Origin: Azolla caroliniana
Lineage: Eukaryota; Plantae; Polypodiophyta
Assembly: GCA_043228905.1 (NCBI GenBank)
Contig: JBHGNT010000004.1
Location: 23,560,001-23,624,000, forward strand
Direction: 5' to 3'
DNA: 64,000 nt
In this document: piece after piece, positions 1 to 18,370 of the stretch
Layout: each line of letters opens with the position of its first letter
Position numbering within the stretch: position 1 is the stretch's first letter
Notes under the pieces: generated by a model
What the model was told of the DNA's origin: nothing
Database searches by the model: none
What the model saw: the letters and a program-made list of their open reading frames with translations, nothing else
Translations under genes and position numbers: made by a program

Positions 1-5130
<5,130 letters not shown>

Positions 5131-5131
<1 letters not shown>

Positions 5132-5470
5132 CTCTCTCTCTCTCTCTCTGCCTCTGCCTCTGTCTGTGTCTGTGTCTGTGTCTGTGCCTGTGCCTGTACC
5201 TGTGCCTGTGACTGTGACTGTGACTGTGTTTCTTCCCCTCTCTGTTCTCTGTTCTCTGCCTCTGTTTCTTTCTCTCTGCTTTCTGTTCTCTGTCTCTGTT
5301 TTTCTCTCTCTGTGTGGCACACACTCTGTTTCTTCTCTTTAATGAAGAAGAAGAAGATGGAAGAAAGAAAGAAAGAAAGAAGAAGAAGAAGAAGAAGAAG
5401 AAGAAGAACCCAAAGAGAAGAGAAGAGTGACATAGAAGGTTTTCACAACATATCTTGTGTGTGTGTGTGT
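5131..5470. repeat. Compound microsatellite block in the RPT2 5' UTR/promoter: (CT)n, (CTGTGT)n, (CTGTGA)n, (GAA)n, (GT)n
   Basis: Directly visible simple repeats immediately upstream of the RPT2 ATG. Confidence 0.9.
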
Positions 5471-6424
5471 TTCATCATGTAGGTCCACCACATGAGAAGG
5501 TTTGGACGACATACATACATGTCTTGCGTGTAAGGCACACATCGGATCGTCGCGTTCTCCGTATTAACACCTTCTGCCTCCACCCTCTTTTTCCGATTGT
5601 GGCGAGATCCACCGCCCGTGTTATTAACATGTGATTGTACCCCCTTGGTTTTCAAACGTTAGTTAGAATTCGTTCGGAATCATTGGTTCCAATGCCACTT
5701 AGCACCTATCGTGTCCCTCGGCTTGGGTGGTATCATTTTGTGTATATACTATAAACAATGTAATGTTTTTGCGAGAGAATGCGTAAACCCTTCAAAAGAG
5801 TCTTTTGTGTCATCATTGTGTGAAAGGGAATAATGCCCCCCAATATGTTGTCTTTGAGGTGATATTACCTCGAATGCAATTCTCTTACACAGAGATTATG
5901 ATCGAGGGTTCGAGTTGGCATCTGCCCTATTAGCGATGATCTAGGTAGGTATGAATATCCATCGTCCTTGTGTGCGAACCACTTCAATGAACTACTCATT
6001 AACCTCTCACCCACATAATAAAGAGATAATTATACTCAATTATAATGCTATCATAGTATAAGGTCACTGTGTCAAGGAAACCTGGCGCTGCTCCTAATAT
6101 TCCTCCGCACTGCTCCTAATATTTGGTTCTATGCTCTCGTTCCTCGCACAATGTCAACGTTAGTGTGAAGTCAAACACAATGCAATGCATCAAGAAACCT
6201 TGATGTCGTGTGTCGCCCTGCAATGGGTAATAAATTTGGGAAGCTATATATAGTGTTCCATTCATTCTTCTCCCTCTCTGTTGCTTTTGTTTGTGTCATG
6301 TGCTTTTTCTCACTCTCTATTTCTCCTTGTGCATTCTTATTGTCTTACTCTCTTGCTCTCATGTGTTACCCTCCAATAGATAAAAACATCGGGGAGCTAT
6401 TTATAAAGCTCCCCCACACTCGCC

Positions 6425-6590
6425 CTTGCTATTGTTAATCGCATGCCCCTTACTTACTCTTTATTTTTCTTATGTGTTTGCACTTGTTGTTGTTAATCTC
6501 ATGCCCCTTACTTACTCTCTATTTTTCATATGTGTTCGCACTTGCTATTGTTAATCTCATGCCCCTTACACTCTATTTTTCTTATGTGTT
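6425..6590. repeat. Minisatellite, ~3 copies of a ~58-bp unit
   Basis: cttgctattgttaatc(g/t)catgccccttacttactct..tttttcttatgtgtt repeated three times. Confidence 0.8.
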
Positions 6591-8157
6591 CTTGTAGTCT
6601 TACTCTCTTGCACTCGTGCTTGTGCTATTCGAGTTTGAGCTTTCAACAATTCTCACTCTTCAAGAATTAAAAGGAAGTTTCAATTAGTAAACAAAATTTA
6701 TTAATAGTTTCATTCACAAAACGTTAAAAATATATATACATAATGTTGTACGAAAATTGAAGGTTTAGTCCTCATTGTCTTCGTCATATAATGATAAACT
6801 CTCATCATTGTCATCATCTTGATCACTTCCATCCTCACCCCTATCGTCCATACACTCTAGGTTTTGGCCAATTCATTCTTTTCAATCGATATTTGTGGAG
6901 TTCTCAAATTAAATTATTTAAGGGGAGAGAGAAAGACTTAGGCTTTTAGTCCTAGGGGGTTTAAATGAGAAAGAACAATTATAAAAGGTTCATAGTTTCA
7001 CTTTTATACTTCCTCCTTCATTTAAGTAAATTACAATTATGTTCCTTTCACGCTTGGAGGATATAAAGGTTTTGCAATATTACCTTTAAGTTCCTTTACA
7101 ATGTTACTCTCTCTCTCTCTCTCTCTCTTTGGTAAAATCACGGAATTATATTAATTGTATGTAAAATTCACTTGTTTTTAATGGTTGTCTATCTCTTTTC
7201 ATAATTAGCTTACCCTAATGGGAAGTTTTTAGACTATTAGCATTATGTCTGGGGTTCAAAACTCATCTTTCTTACCTCTATATTACTCCATATGTACCTT
7301 CTAATTTATAAGATACCATTGTGGATTGCAAGGATTGAACCCATGACATCATGGTCTCCATTGAGCTACGCCCATTTGGATTTCTCTATATGTCTCTCTC
7401 CTACTTCCACTAGAAATGTTGACGATACTCCTAAACTAAAGCATTAAATGTGAAATGTTCAACGGATAGTAACACATTGACTTTGATACTTACTTCCAAC
7501 ACATTGACCTCTTGAGGAACCAACTTGAGGAATATGATCTCAATGTTTTGTTGGTGTAGGTGCAGATGGGGTGACAATGATGGTACAAATGCTAATATCA
7601 ATTATGTTGTTATTGTTATTGGTAGGAGAGATTGGCCTACACTCTTTCCTAATGACACTACATATTGATAGATATCTTCGTATGGTAATGCTCAAAATAA
7701 ATAACTAAATCTCCTTTGTAATCTCCTCACTTGTCAGTTTCATGCTTTGATACAAGTTCCTCACAAACCAAATGAGTATTGAGGTGGTTCATGTTGTATA
7801 TTCATGATCACTTCGGTTCATATTAACCTTGAACATAATGTAATCATGATTGTAGATGTTCTTGTACATATGCATATGATATTTGTATGGATGTATGCAT
7901 GCAAGTTTTTACGCAGATGATGTATACATATATGAAAATATTAGTATGTAGTTCTTGCTTGTAGTTAAAGTATGTATGTATGCATATGATATATGTATAC
8001 ATGTTTGCATGTAGATGATGTATGCATCCATGATTGTCAATTAACACTCTTGGAGATGAGGCCGCCAGTATGCGGAATCAAAAACAACATTGAAGAGTGG
8101 AAGAACAATGAGTTGATGATAAATTAACAAAATCATGAACAAATTAAAGTCGGGAGT

Positions 8158-8183
8158 TGTAAGACAACTTAACCAGAATCAAG

Positions 8184-8214
<31 letters not shown>

Positions 8215-11200
8215 CAAAGAGGCACAAACAATAATTGTATTATTCAAAAGTTACAATACAAAGAATGGCAACCATCATCGACAACTAGGTTACAAAGCTC
8301 AGTTATATAGTAACTGAGCTAGGGCAACTACCCTTTAGTCTAATTACATAAATGTCCTACACCTAGTCTGTCCAAATGGGACAGGTGAATACAACCATTA
8401 TGCACCCATATATTGACACTCCCCTGTAATGCGCGTAAACAACAAAAGAATCCGTAATATAAAACAAAACAATACAGATGATACAAAGAGATGTTAGGAC
8501 AGATCAACTTATAGCCGAATCGACAATGGCCGAAAGAACAGAGGCTAAATCGGCTGATCCAAGAGTAGAAGCCGAATCGACTATGCTAATTGCAGAATGC
8601 CGAATCGTGAGGTGTCGAGGCCAATTGTCCGAAGCCATCTTTGTTGTTCGACTCAATTAGACTGATTTCTCCTTAAGCTTATCTAGTGCCTTAATGACAG
8701 GAATCGGTCAACTTAAAGACACTTGGTCATCTTGTTTGCTACATTGTTGTTCGTAGAGATTTTCTTGAGGTCGAGCTTCCCTGAAGTTATGTAGTCCCAA
8801 ACAAAGTGATATCAAACATTGATGTGCTTTGAGGCATTATGATGGACCGAGTTCTTTGATAAGGTGACAACACCTTGAATGTCGTTGTAGAAAACTGGAG
8901 CCGAATTGGAGTTGGCTTGTCTAAACGTGCATGCTAGGCATCCGAGCCATAGTGCCTATTTCATCGCGTCGAACACGGCTACGTATTCGGCTTCGATAGT
9001 TGAGGTGGTTGTGCACTCTTGTAGTTTCTACTTCCACGATATTGCTCCATTGCCAAATTAGAAGTAGTCGGTGGTTGACTTTCGGATGTCTAAGCAACCA
9101 ACAAAGTTCGAGTTGGTCTAGCCGACAATGCCTAATATATTGTTCGGGCTGAAGAGGATGCCATAGTTTTGTGTGCCCACCAGATATTTGAACACGTGCT
9201 TAACTGTGTTCCAATGTGATCGGCCAGGGTCGTTCATAAATCTGTCGACAACTCCTACGGCGTGACCTAAGTTTGGCCGTGTCGCGACCATCGTATACAT
9301 TAAGGAGCCAATTCTCGGTGCGTAAGGTACCGACTTCATGATTTCCCCCTCTGAACCGGATGTCGGAGAATCTCAATGAGACAACCGAAGGTGTAGTAGA
9401 TTTGGTCGATTACATGTTGAAGCATTCCAAGACACGTTGAATGTAGTTGTCTTGAGACAAGAATAATTTTCGTTGATTCTGGAGCCGATTGATTTTCATG
9501 CCTAAAATGTTCCTACCGGACCTAAGTCCTTCATGGCAAACTTCAACCATAGTTGCCGAATGAGATTGGCAAGCTCTCTGGCATGTCGGCCGGAGAGAAT
9601 AATGTCACCCACATATGGAATGAGGAAGATGGGTGACCCATCTTGAGTTGTTTTTGAGAAAAGATAGTGATCCTCATTGCTCTTGAAGAAGTCAACCGAT
9701 TAAATGAAGTCGTCGAACTTCTTGTACCATTGCCTTGGTGCCTTCTACAGGCCATATAGACCCTTCTTGAGTTGGTAGACTAGGTGTTCTTGTCCGGCTT
9801 CAACGAATCCTTTCAACTATTCCATATAAATTTCCTCTTCTAGGTCACCATGGAGGAAGGCCGTCTTAACATCTAGTTGAATAAGCTCCAAATCTTCGGC
9901 TGCCACTATGCCGAGCAAAAATCAAAGGGTGGTCATTTTCACCACTAGTGAAAAGATTTTGCCGAAGTCGACACCATATTCCTGTCGGTAACCCTTTGCT
10001 ACTAATCTAGCCTTGAATTTCGGGCTAACCGAATTGTATGTCTCTTTCAGTCGATAGACCCACTTACACGGAAGACATTTTGATGCTTCTTCATATGAGG
10101 TCAGCTCGTCGGCATCCGTGAAGAAGAGTCCGAGAGAGTATCTCTGTGAAGGTTGCGACAGTCTCTCCGATCTTTGGGGAATGACTAGGCTAGCCGGACT
10201 GGGTAAACTAGTTGGATGGTCAGGAGCCGAAACATTCGGCTATGCCGAGTTGGGATGATCTGAATCAATGGTAGAGGATTCGGCTACCCGTGAAGCCGAT
10301 CTCGTATTCTAGGTTGGGCCGTCTTGAAGAGTCGACACTTCTAAAAACGTTACTCTTCGGACTTCAATTGGCCTTTTGGCTATCTTATGCATAGTCGACT
10401 CATTGAAAACTACATCTGAACTTCAGACGACTTGTCTGTTTTCAGGGTCCTAGAGTCGATAGCCGAAATTTTCATCTGGTCCATAGCCAAGGAAAATACA
10501 TTTCCTAGACTTCGGTTCTAATTTTCGGCGGTTATCTTTTGGCACAAGAGGAAACACTTCGCAACCGAAAATCCTCAGCTTATCATAATTCGGCTTCTTG
10601 CCAATCCAAAGCTCTTGAGGAATTTGAAGTCCTAGAGGTCTACTTGGTGACATGTTAATGATGTGTATTGTTGTGAGGCGTTGCCGAGAGACCACTGTGG
10701 CATGAGGTCACATACGTCCAAATGGATTAGATCGATCAGACTTGATTCTCTCGGTGCGGCCATAGGATGTGACATCGTGGCTTGCTTGCCATACTAACAA
10801 TGCTCACAAAACTGGTGGTCCGAGAAGGAGAGCTTGGGGATTTAGCCAACTCTAAATGGGTGGGTGATGTCGACCTTGCTAAGGTGTCCAAAGTTGGTTG
10901 TGCCATAATGATGACACAAGGATATCTACCAGAAATAAGTCACCCTCTCTGAGTGTGACATATAGTGGGTACAATGAGCGTACCTTCAGACCTTGAGCAA
11001 ACAGGAGGTCCCCCCTGTGGAGTGTCCACCATCCTAAGGAGAATCCAACACGAATGTCGTCTTTGTTCAGTTGTCCAACTAAGATTAGCAACGTAGTGAG
11101 CTCAAGTACATGTCGGACATTGTGTAGTATAAGGGTAGAGCCACCTGGAAGGTTGAGCTCTACCGTGCCGATGCCAATGATGGCGCAATGTTATGAATTG

Positions 11201-12335
11201 CCAACATAGACCGAGTCGGAGTGCCAACATAGACCGAGCACTACTGAAATTGCGACTTGTGAGGAGTCACGTGATATGACGTGCCCGAATCAAGAAGCCA
11301 AGTCGTTGCCTCTTCAGTTGTAAGCAGAACTTCCGATTCAACTAAGTTCTCAATAAGCAGTATATTCAGGCCGTCAGTCAAAAAGTTCGGTTGATGAGCC
11401 AACAAAATTGACTTCCTCTTGTCGGTTGCCCTTTCGATCCGCTCTTTGAGCTTTTTCATTCTTCGCCTTAAGGGCGCAACATTCGGCCTTTATGTGTTTG
11501 GGTTTCTTGTAGTAGTTGCATGTCCGATTTTCCCTGGACTTGCTTCGGCTTTGAGCATCTATCAGTTGTCTATAAGAACTTCTTCCCCGGTTGTTTGTTC
11601 AGTCATCCGAACTTTGTACTACGAAGGTGTCTTTTGCCAAATCATGAACAAATGATCTTCTTTGAGCGTCTTCAGTCAAAATTGAGCTCTTGGCATCGGA
11701 GTAACTCACGGTTGTTCCTGACGCATTGCACATAGTGGTGACAAAAGTTTCCCAAGAGGGAGGCAGACTGCCCATCAATACAAGAGTTGTCATCTCATCT
11801 TCTATGGTCATCCCCTGTGCCGAAAGTTGGAATTTATGCTTTCATATTCATTTATATGTGCCTAGACCGAATAAGATTCTTTCAGCCGAAGGTTGTAAAG
11901 GCACCGGATCAGGTATATCGTTTTGGCAACGCCCTTTTTCTCATAGGTGTCTGACAATGTTTTCCATAATTCAAAGGTAGTCGGGCATGACTTCACTATG
12001 TAGTACATTGATTCAGATAGGTGCATCCAAACAGGGGCTTGAACAATTCGGTCAAGTTTCATCCAGTCATTCGGCTTGAACTCTTTTGGAGCTTCTTTGT
12101 ATTCCATCGGATCAATTTGACCTTTGACAATCAAGTAATCCTCCAATTGTTCTTTCATGAAGTTGAAGTTGAAGTTTGAACTGTCGAACTTCCTAAGACT
12201 CATCTCTGATGAGCCGAATGTGGAGGCCATTTCAATTTGTGTTGGTTGGTCAAGGTTTTGCCCAGAGTTGGTTACAATGGGTAAGAGGGTGCAACGGGTT
12301 GGTTCACCAGAACTTGATTTAGCCGAATCATACAC
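8158..12335 (-). mobile_element. Degenerate Ty1/copia LTR retrotransposon (gag, protease, partial integrase, RT, RNase H; many stops and frameshifts); probable 3' LTR ~8158-8418; 5' LTR not found
   Basis: Fragments: gag (LRKFDSSNFNF...LMGSLPPSWETFVTT), protease WLLDSGTSYHVTPH, integrase C-term (LRIFGC...KLEPKSRKCIFLGYG), RT (VPYAPRIGSLMYTMVATRPNLGHAVGVV), in copia order. The putative LTR ends ...tattgaca at 8418 next to a PPT (ctcccct = AGGGGAG on minus). Confidence 0.85.
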
Positions 12336-13312
12336 GAAATAAATAGGTTAACCGACTAGTCCTGCTTGAGGTGACTACATCCGAGTTAGAATAGAGCCGA
12401 CTGGTCTATCCAAGTTTGGCCTAGTTGAATTGGGCGTGGATTTGCCGATTAGATTGCCGATTTGAAATTAGGTACAGATAGTACCGATCACAATGTCGAT
12501 CACAAGTTGAACACAATTAATGTTGATCACAAAGCCGATCCTACTCCGAATGACTACCATGAATGGAGGGACAGATGTGGCTAGTGTTCCCAAATTTTGT
12601 CTAGCCGGATGGATCACAAATGAGACCAATTAGAGTGCCAAACACAAATTTAGCACTAAAGGTGTCCATCTTAACGCAGATCCTGCTCCAAGTGGCTACA
12701 ACAAGTGAAGGGATAACGTCAACTGGCCTGTCCAAATGTAAGTTAGCTAGATAGAGCACGGATGGTGTCGATTTGATCAAGATTCCACTCTGAGCAATTA
12801 CAACCACAAGGAGGAGTACAATTGGCTAGCCTACTTGAAGTGTGGTTTAGTTCAATGGAGTGTGAATCAACAAGGTGTATTTTCTCTTCATAGGATATGA
12901 TCTTGAGAGTTTTTTATAAGAAGATTTTAGTTCGAGAGAAATCTTGAATATGTTCCAAAAGTCGGATCAACTAGGAGTCTTCAAGGGATTGAGAACAAGG
13001 ATGTTGTTGAGGACAAACCTAGTTCCTAATATTCGCATACGTCCAATTTGGTGGACATATGTGAACATTTGCATATGTTCACGTATAATACGCGACATTC
13101 ATTTGGATTATTTTTAGGGGTTTTTCTTTTCTAATATTTGTCGCAAACCGAAGTCTAAGCAGTGAGAATGAGTGAGAAACACAATTCTTCTCTCTGTCTC
13201 TATATGCTTTCTGTATGTCTCTTCCCTCCTCTCTGTGTGTGTAGTGGATAGATGAGGAGCTCCTCTCTGAGCGATACACGCAAAGAAAGTAGACAAATAG
13301 CTAGCAATTCCA

Positions 13313-13323
13313 CTCCTCTCCTC

Positions 13324-13381
<58 letters not shown>
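13313..13381. repeat. (CT)n/(AG)n microsatellite
   Basis: Long CT dinucleotide run. Confidence 0.9.
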
Positions 13382-13385
<4 letters not shown>

Positions 13386-13392
13386 TCATGAG

Positions 13393-13673
13393 TATATATT
13401 AAGTTTTGGAGAAGGTGAAGCCTCACAATGCATGAGTGACTTTATTGGTTTGGATATACCTATTAGACCCTTGTGGTATGTGGTGATTTAAAAGAGGCTA
13501 ATTTTTTTCTTTTCTGGATGATTTGGTTCCTCAATCAATGGATTCATTCATTCCACTCCAGGATCTTAGGAGATGTGTTCATAGGAGTATACCATACAAT
13601 ATTTGATTATGGAAAGACTCGCATAGGCATCGCGAAAGCTTCATCATTTTCAATCATCCTTGTATGCAAATGA
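13393..13673 (+). pseudogene. Orphan 3' fragment (last two exons and the intron between them) of a phytepsin-type A1 aspartic proteinase; exons ~13393-13475 and 13562-~13673
   Basis: Spliced reading YILSFGEGEASQCMSDFIGLDIPIRPLW|ILGDVFIGVYHTIFDYGKTRIGIAKAS matches the phytepsin C-terminal consensus (YILKVGEG...QCISGF..LDIP..GPLWILGDVFMGxYHTVFDYGxxRxGFA). GT-AG intron 13476-13561 splits the Trp codon. No upstream exons seen. Confidence 0.85.
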
Positions 13674-13870
13674 TTGTTATGGTACATAACAATTGTTGAG
13701 AGAGCAAGCTCAACTTGGGCCTGATCAGCTAAATAAGCCGAGAGTTGGATTGGATGGAGACCGATCGGCTAGGCCCGAATCGACTGAATAAATTGAAAGC
13801 CAAATTGGATGCCTGAGGAATTCGACAGGCCGTTAAGGGAGGACTAGCTTATTCCCTCCCACATGAGTGA

Positions 13871-14359
13871 AGGGGGAGTTGGTTAGGAATATGTCCCTCA
13901 TGTGGGAGGAGTCGACTGGTCGGACTGAGAGTCGACAATAGAAAGATCAAAAGTCACCACTACTTTTGTAATATTAACTATGTGCCATAGAATCATATTC
14001 TATGACACATAAATGATGAGTTTCCACATTCGCTATGACCGATGAGCTTCGGTAGTTAATGAAGAGAGAGGGTGACTATATAAAGTACCCTTCTCCTACT
14101 TTGTAATTCGTCGGTTAATCTCCTTTGTAATATACACCTTCTTGAGTATTCTATTTCCTATCTATCTTGTCTCTCTCTCCTCTCCTCTTCTCAAACACAC
14201 ACACACAACACCATCTCTAACTTATTCCGCTACACAGAATCATGCCACGATTCTTTACATCTCGTTTTAGGGTTTCCACGTTAAAGTACTATGCACTGTG
14301 TATTTTGTCCATTTGTCTTTGGTCTATAAATTTCTACCTGTCTAGTTCATCCATCAACA
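13871..14359 (+). mobile_element. Probable copia 3' LTR remnant preceded by a PPT
   Basis: AGGGGGAG at 13871, then TG..., a TATA-like ctatataaag, the motif ttttagggtttccacgttaaa (shared with other LTRs here), ending catcaaca. No TSD found; boundaries approximate. Confidence 0.5.
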
Positions 14360-14676
14360 GTTCGTTTCTCTACACCTTTTACATTAGAGCTCTTGCCCTT
14401 TTATACAAGTTGGGTGCCGTAAAGGGTTTCTTTCACGTTGCAAGCCAATTGACCATAGACTCTCCTTACATAATAAAGGGTGATTCCCCACAAATTACAA
14501 CATAACCATGTCTCTTGCATGCATTAGGCTTATGACCAATAATTGAGATTGGAAATACTAAAACCTTATAGGGTTTGTTATAAGTTATAGTAAAAGAAAT
14601 ATGTCAATATTTCCTTCCCTTAACATGATTGTATGTGTATGATATATGCACTACAATTGTATGCATATGATGGTAT

Positions 14677-15097
14677 TGTTAATAATTAGGTAATTAACTA
14701 GGGTTAATTAGAGACTAATTATGTGAGTAGTTAAGCAACGGAAGGTTATGTGATATGTGTGTGTATGTGTGTGAGAGGAAGAGAGAGAGGAAGATGCAGG
14801 GGGATGATTAACGAGAGTGTATATTAAAAAGCACCATCAAATACAAAAATACCCACAATGAGGTATATATACATCTCATGTGCAAAGGTGCACATGTGTG
14901 AGTAGAATATAGCTACAAAGGTGTAACTCCTATATTAAATGAACATGGGAGTGGAGGATCTACAATTTATCCCACTCAAGTACAAAATCCTATTTAAGGC
15001 TTTGAGGTTAACACACTAACTAGATTCTATCTAGGTAACTACTAAGTTACGTGTGTTGACTAATTAACTAAATCTAGTTGAGCTTGATATCTCAACA
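14677..15097. mobile_element. Possible old solo LTR interrupting a (tatgca)-rich low-complexity tract
   Basis: Starts tgtta, ends tcaaca; flanks ggtat/agcat (two transitions apart); similar tgtatgcatatgat sequence on both sides. Confidence 0.3.
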
Positions 15098-15198
15098 AGC
15101 ATATATGTATAATTGCATACGTATGATGTATGCATGTAATTATATGCATATGATGTGTGAGTGCAAATGTATGATTTCATGCATGTATCTTAATATAT

Positions 15199-15242
<44 letters not shown>

Positions 15243-15879
15243 TACATATTGCATAGATGCATAATGAATATATTACATCTCATTGAGACTTGAGACGGAA
15301 AGAAGCAAACTTTTGATTAGTCGGGATCATGCTCCCTCTCTTTCTTATGCTTCTCCTTCTATCGGTGCACTACTTCTCCTCACTTGTTGCACTTGGAATA
15401 TCAAAAGGGGGATTTTTTTATCCCCTTTTCACAATATTCCTTGTCTAATTCAAAAATTGCAACGCATAACATTAGGATATATTGATTGATGTATAACATC
15501 CACATCTAGTTGAAAGTTGACACTAGTTTCCTACACATGATGAAAAATGTTAAGACTAGCATCGCATGATTTTCCTTATGCTATGTGTCATGATTTTGTA
15601 AAAACTCCCCAACACTAAGGGGTATGTTTTTAGTGATGTAAAGACATCAATGAAGTAAGAAACAATAAAATACCATAGGAGAATACATCATCCTTACATT
15701 AGTTAAGTTAATCCATGTTAATACAAGATTTTGTAAATACTTAAGATAGAATATGTTAAGATCTTTGGAATTTATGAGAGAGGGGGAGGGATTAAGAAGG
15801 CTTAAAATAGCCTTAATTGAGAAAGTGAAGAAGACTCACAAAAGAGCACCAAAAGTGACATTAATAGTCTTTTACATTA

Positions 15880-18370
15880 TTTGAACCCTCCAGACTAAAG
15901 TTTATTTCTCGTGATCAGTCTCTTGCCCCGTTTTTCTTGTCTCTAGACTCGTTCCTTGGTATGAGCTCCAATGTGATGTCGTTAGGAGGCATGGGAAGCG
16001 AAACATATGGCAGGTTCCGTACAAAAGCAGTTAGATGTAAGGAACTATTAATGCCAACTTTAGGTTGTTCTAGGAATTGTTAACGACTTAGTTCAGTTAG
16101 GGAGGCCTACAACAAAGTGTCTTTTTTTTGAAAGATTTTCTGAATCAATAGTAGTAAGAAAAAACACGCTACAACTTGAACTTATCTGTTCAAAAGCTTA
16201 CAACTTTTTATGTACAATGATGTACAATAATCCTAAGACCAAATATAGGAACTTGTACAAGATGTTGGAATTTGTTGACGTACATTGCCATGGTGTACTG
16301 ATATTCAAGAAAGGGTCCATGGAAGTCGATAGTGCCATTGAGGCCCTTGACCTGACATTGTAAAAAGAGGCAACTTTTTCCATAAGTGAAGGAGCTTCTT
16401 CCTTCTCTTATTAATAGTCTATGGAGAACCATGCATATTTTCATACTGACCGCGAACTACTACTAGCAAGTTCTCCCATATCTCGAGTAGTACATATGAG
16501 AGATGAAGTTTTGCTACATCATAAAGGCGGTTACATCTACATTTCCATAATACCCATAACGCTACCGTAGTCACTATTTTCCAAACATGGATAGACCGTA
16601 CTTGCTTTCGAGGTTGCTGAAAGGGACTAACTAATAGCAATATTCTATTGTGTACCACCATGGCCTCGTGGACATCGTCTGCCTCATACAACATCAAGCT
16701 AGAGTGTAACACTCCCCCAATTGTTGATCCCCATGAAAACAAGCAAGCAACATTGATTGTTAGGAATAAAGAAAAGACTTTATTCCATACTTGTTGAGCC
16801 AAGGTACAAGACTAGAGGACATGCTTGGTAGTCTCCTAAGCTGCATAATAAAAGCCACATTGCCTAAGATTAGGTGCTACATTCCCTTTCAATCAATGAT
16901 CAATTGGTAATGCCATATGTACTAATAGCCATTTGGAAAGAATAAATTTAGTTGGCCCCTTAAATGACCAAATCCATCTCCATTAGGGTTTCAAATGCAA
17001 AGTTGAGACACCCCAGTTAGTCCAATGTTTCTGAGTTGCTGGTACCATTACATTCTGAGAGAGCAATAATGACCTTCCAAGTTTTACTGAGTACTGAAAG
17101 AAGGGAACCTTTATGTTTTGTTCCCCCAAGGAGTGTGACCAAAACCAACCCCCTAGATCCCATATTAATCTTGAAACCAACCACGACATATCACACATCC
17201 AAACAATGGAATGATACAGATCAAGTTGTCACATTCTAGACTCGAACCAATGCCTATTATCTATCTGTGACACAAGCATCCATTTCTTTCCCATTTTAGC
17301 AACCACTCTGACTGGTGCACTTCGCAAGTGTTGTAGATCACTGCAATCAAAGGTATAATGTTGCAATATGTTGTTGTCTAGAACATCAAAATAAGAAACG
17401 CACCCATTATGCAAGACACCCTTGACAACCATCAATGTGTCATTTATGAAGCATCCAAACCATATATGTTCTTGCGTGGGTTGGAAGGTTGCAGAAAACG
17501 AAGAATATGTCGTTGGAAACGCACCCATTAGGCAAGACACCCTTGACAACCATCAATGTGTCATTTATGAAGCATCCAAACCGTAGATGTTCCTGCGTGG
17601 GTTGGAAGGTTGCACAAAACGAAGAATATGTCGTTGAAATGCTAACAATCATTATCTTGGCATCCTGAATAAATTGTAATTGCGCAAGACAATCTGCTGA
17701 AATTGATTCCAAGTTCTTATAGATGCAATTGGTCCATTATCCAATTTACCCCAGGCAAGGCGAGTTCTAAGGCCCAACACTTTTCCTGCATTATCCCAAA
17801 ATAGAAAATTTGCAAGAAGATACCGATTAATTAATGCATCCCACATAAAAGGCTTGTCCTTAAGCAAAAATGACTTAATCACATTTCCTAACAAGAATCT
17901 ATTGGATGCAAGATCCCGCCTTTGCATTAAATGCACATCATTCAAGAACAACCACTTTAGAGAGGGTGACCAAACACCTCTTGTCTTAGCAATTAACTAC
18001 ATTAGCTAATTCAAGAACATTCCTTTCCAACCTTCTGATTTTGACAACAATCCTATGATCACATAGTTAGTCAAGAGGGCTCTTGACTGCATCAAAGGAT
18101 ATATCAAACCCAACCCTCCATGGATTTTAGGTTGAATCAACACGTTCCAAGCAACTTTGGCTATTGTTGGAGATCCATGTTTCCCGCCATAGGAAATTAC
18201 GAATCAAGCTTCACACTTTCATTATTGCTGACCTAAAGAATAGCTAAACAAATGTTATAAACCACATTGAAGCCAGTAGTACTAAATTTGCTACTACAAC
18301 CTGACCTCCAAAGGACAATTGTTGGGCATCCCAATATAGTAGTTTACATTTTATTGACAATAATTCAACC
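15880..18370 (-). mobile_element. Degenerate 5'-truncated L1-type LINE (ORF2 RT C-term and zf-RVT region)
   Basis: Fragments such as LSFGGQVVVANLVLL, AKVAWNVLIQPKIHGGLGL, ETTKHVLSSCTLAQQVWNKV and ALWVLWKCRCNRLY, typical of plant LINE ORF2. Many stops and frameshifts. Confidence 0.75.
17395..17636. repeat. 121-bp tandem duplication inside the LINE
   Basis: gaaacgcacccatta(t/g)gcaagacacc...gaagaatatgtcgttg at 17395-17515 and 17516-17636. Confidence 0.9.

Noticed and set aside
5132-5320. 63-aa N-terminal extension of RPT2 in the ORF track
   Set aside because: Translation of microsatellites from a non-ATG start; the conserved MGQG start is at 5131.
6425-6590. CRISPR-like array
   Set aside because: Eukaryotic context and contiguous repeats without unique spacers.
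7320-7380. tRNA gene (B-box-like gggttcaatcc on minus)
   Set aside because: No cloverleaf; at most a decayed SINE fragment.
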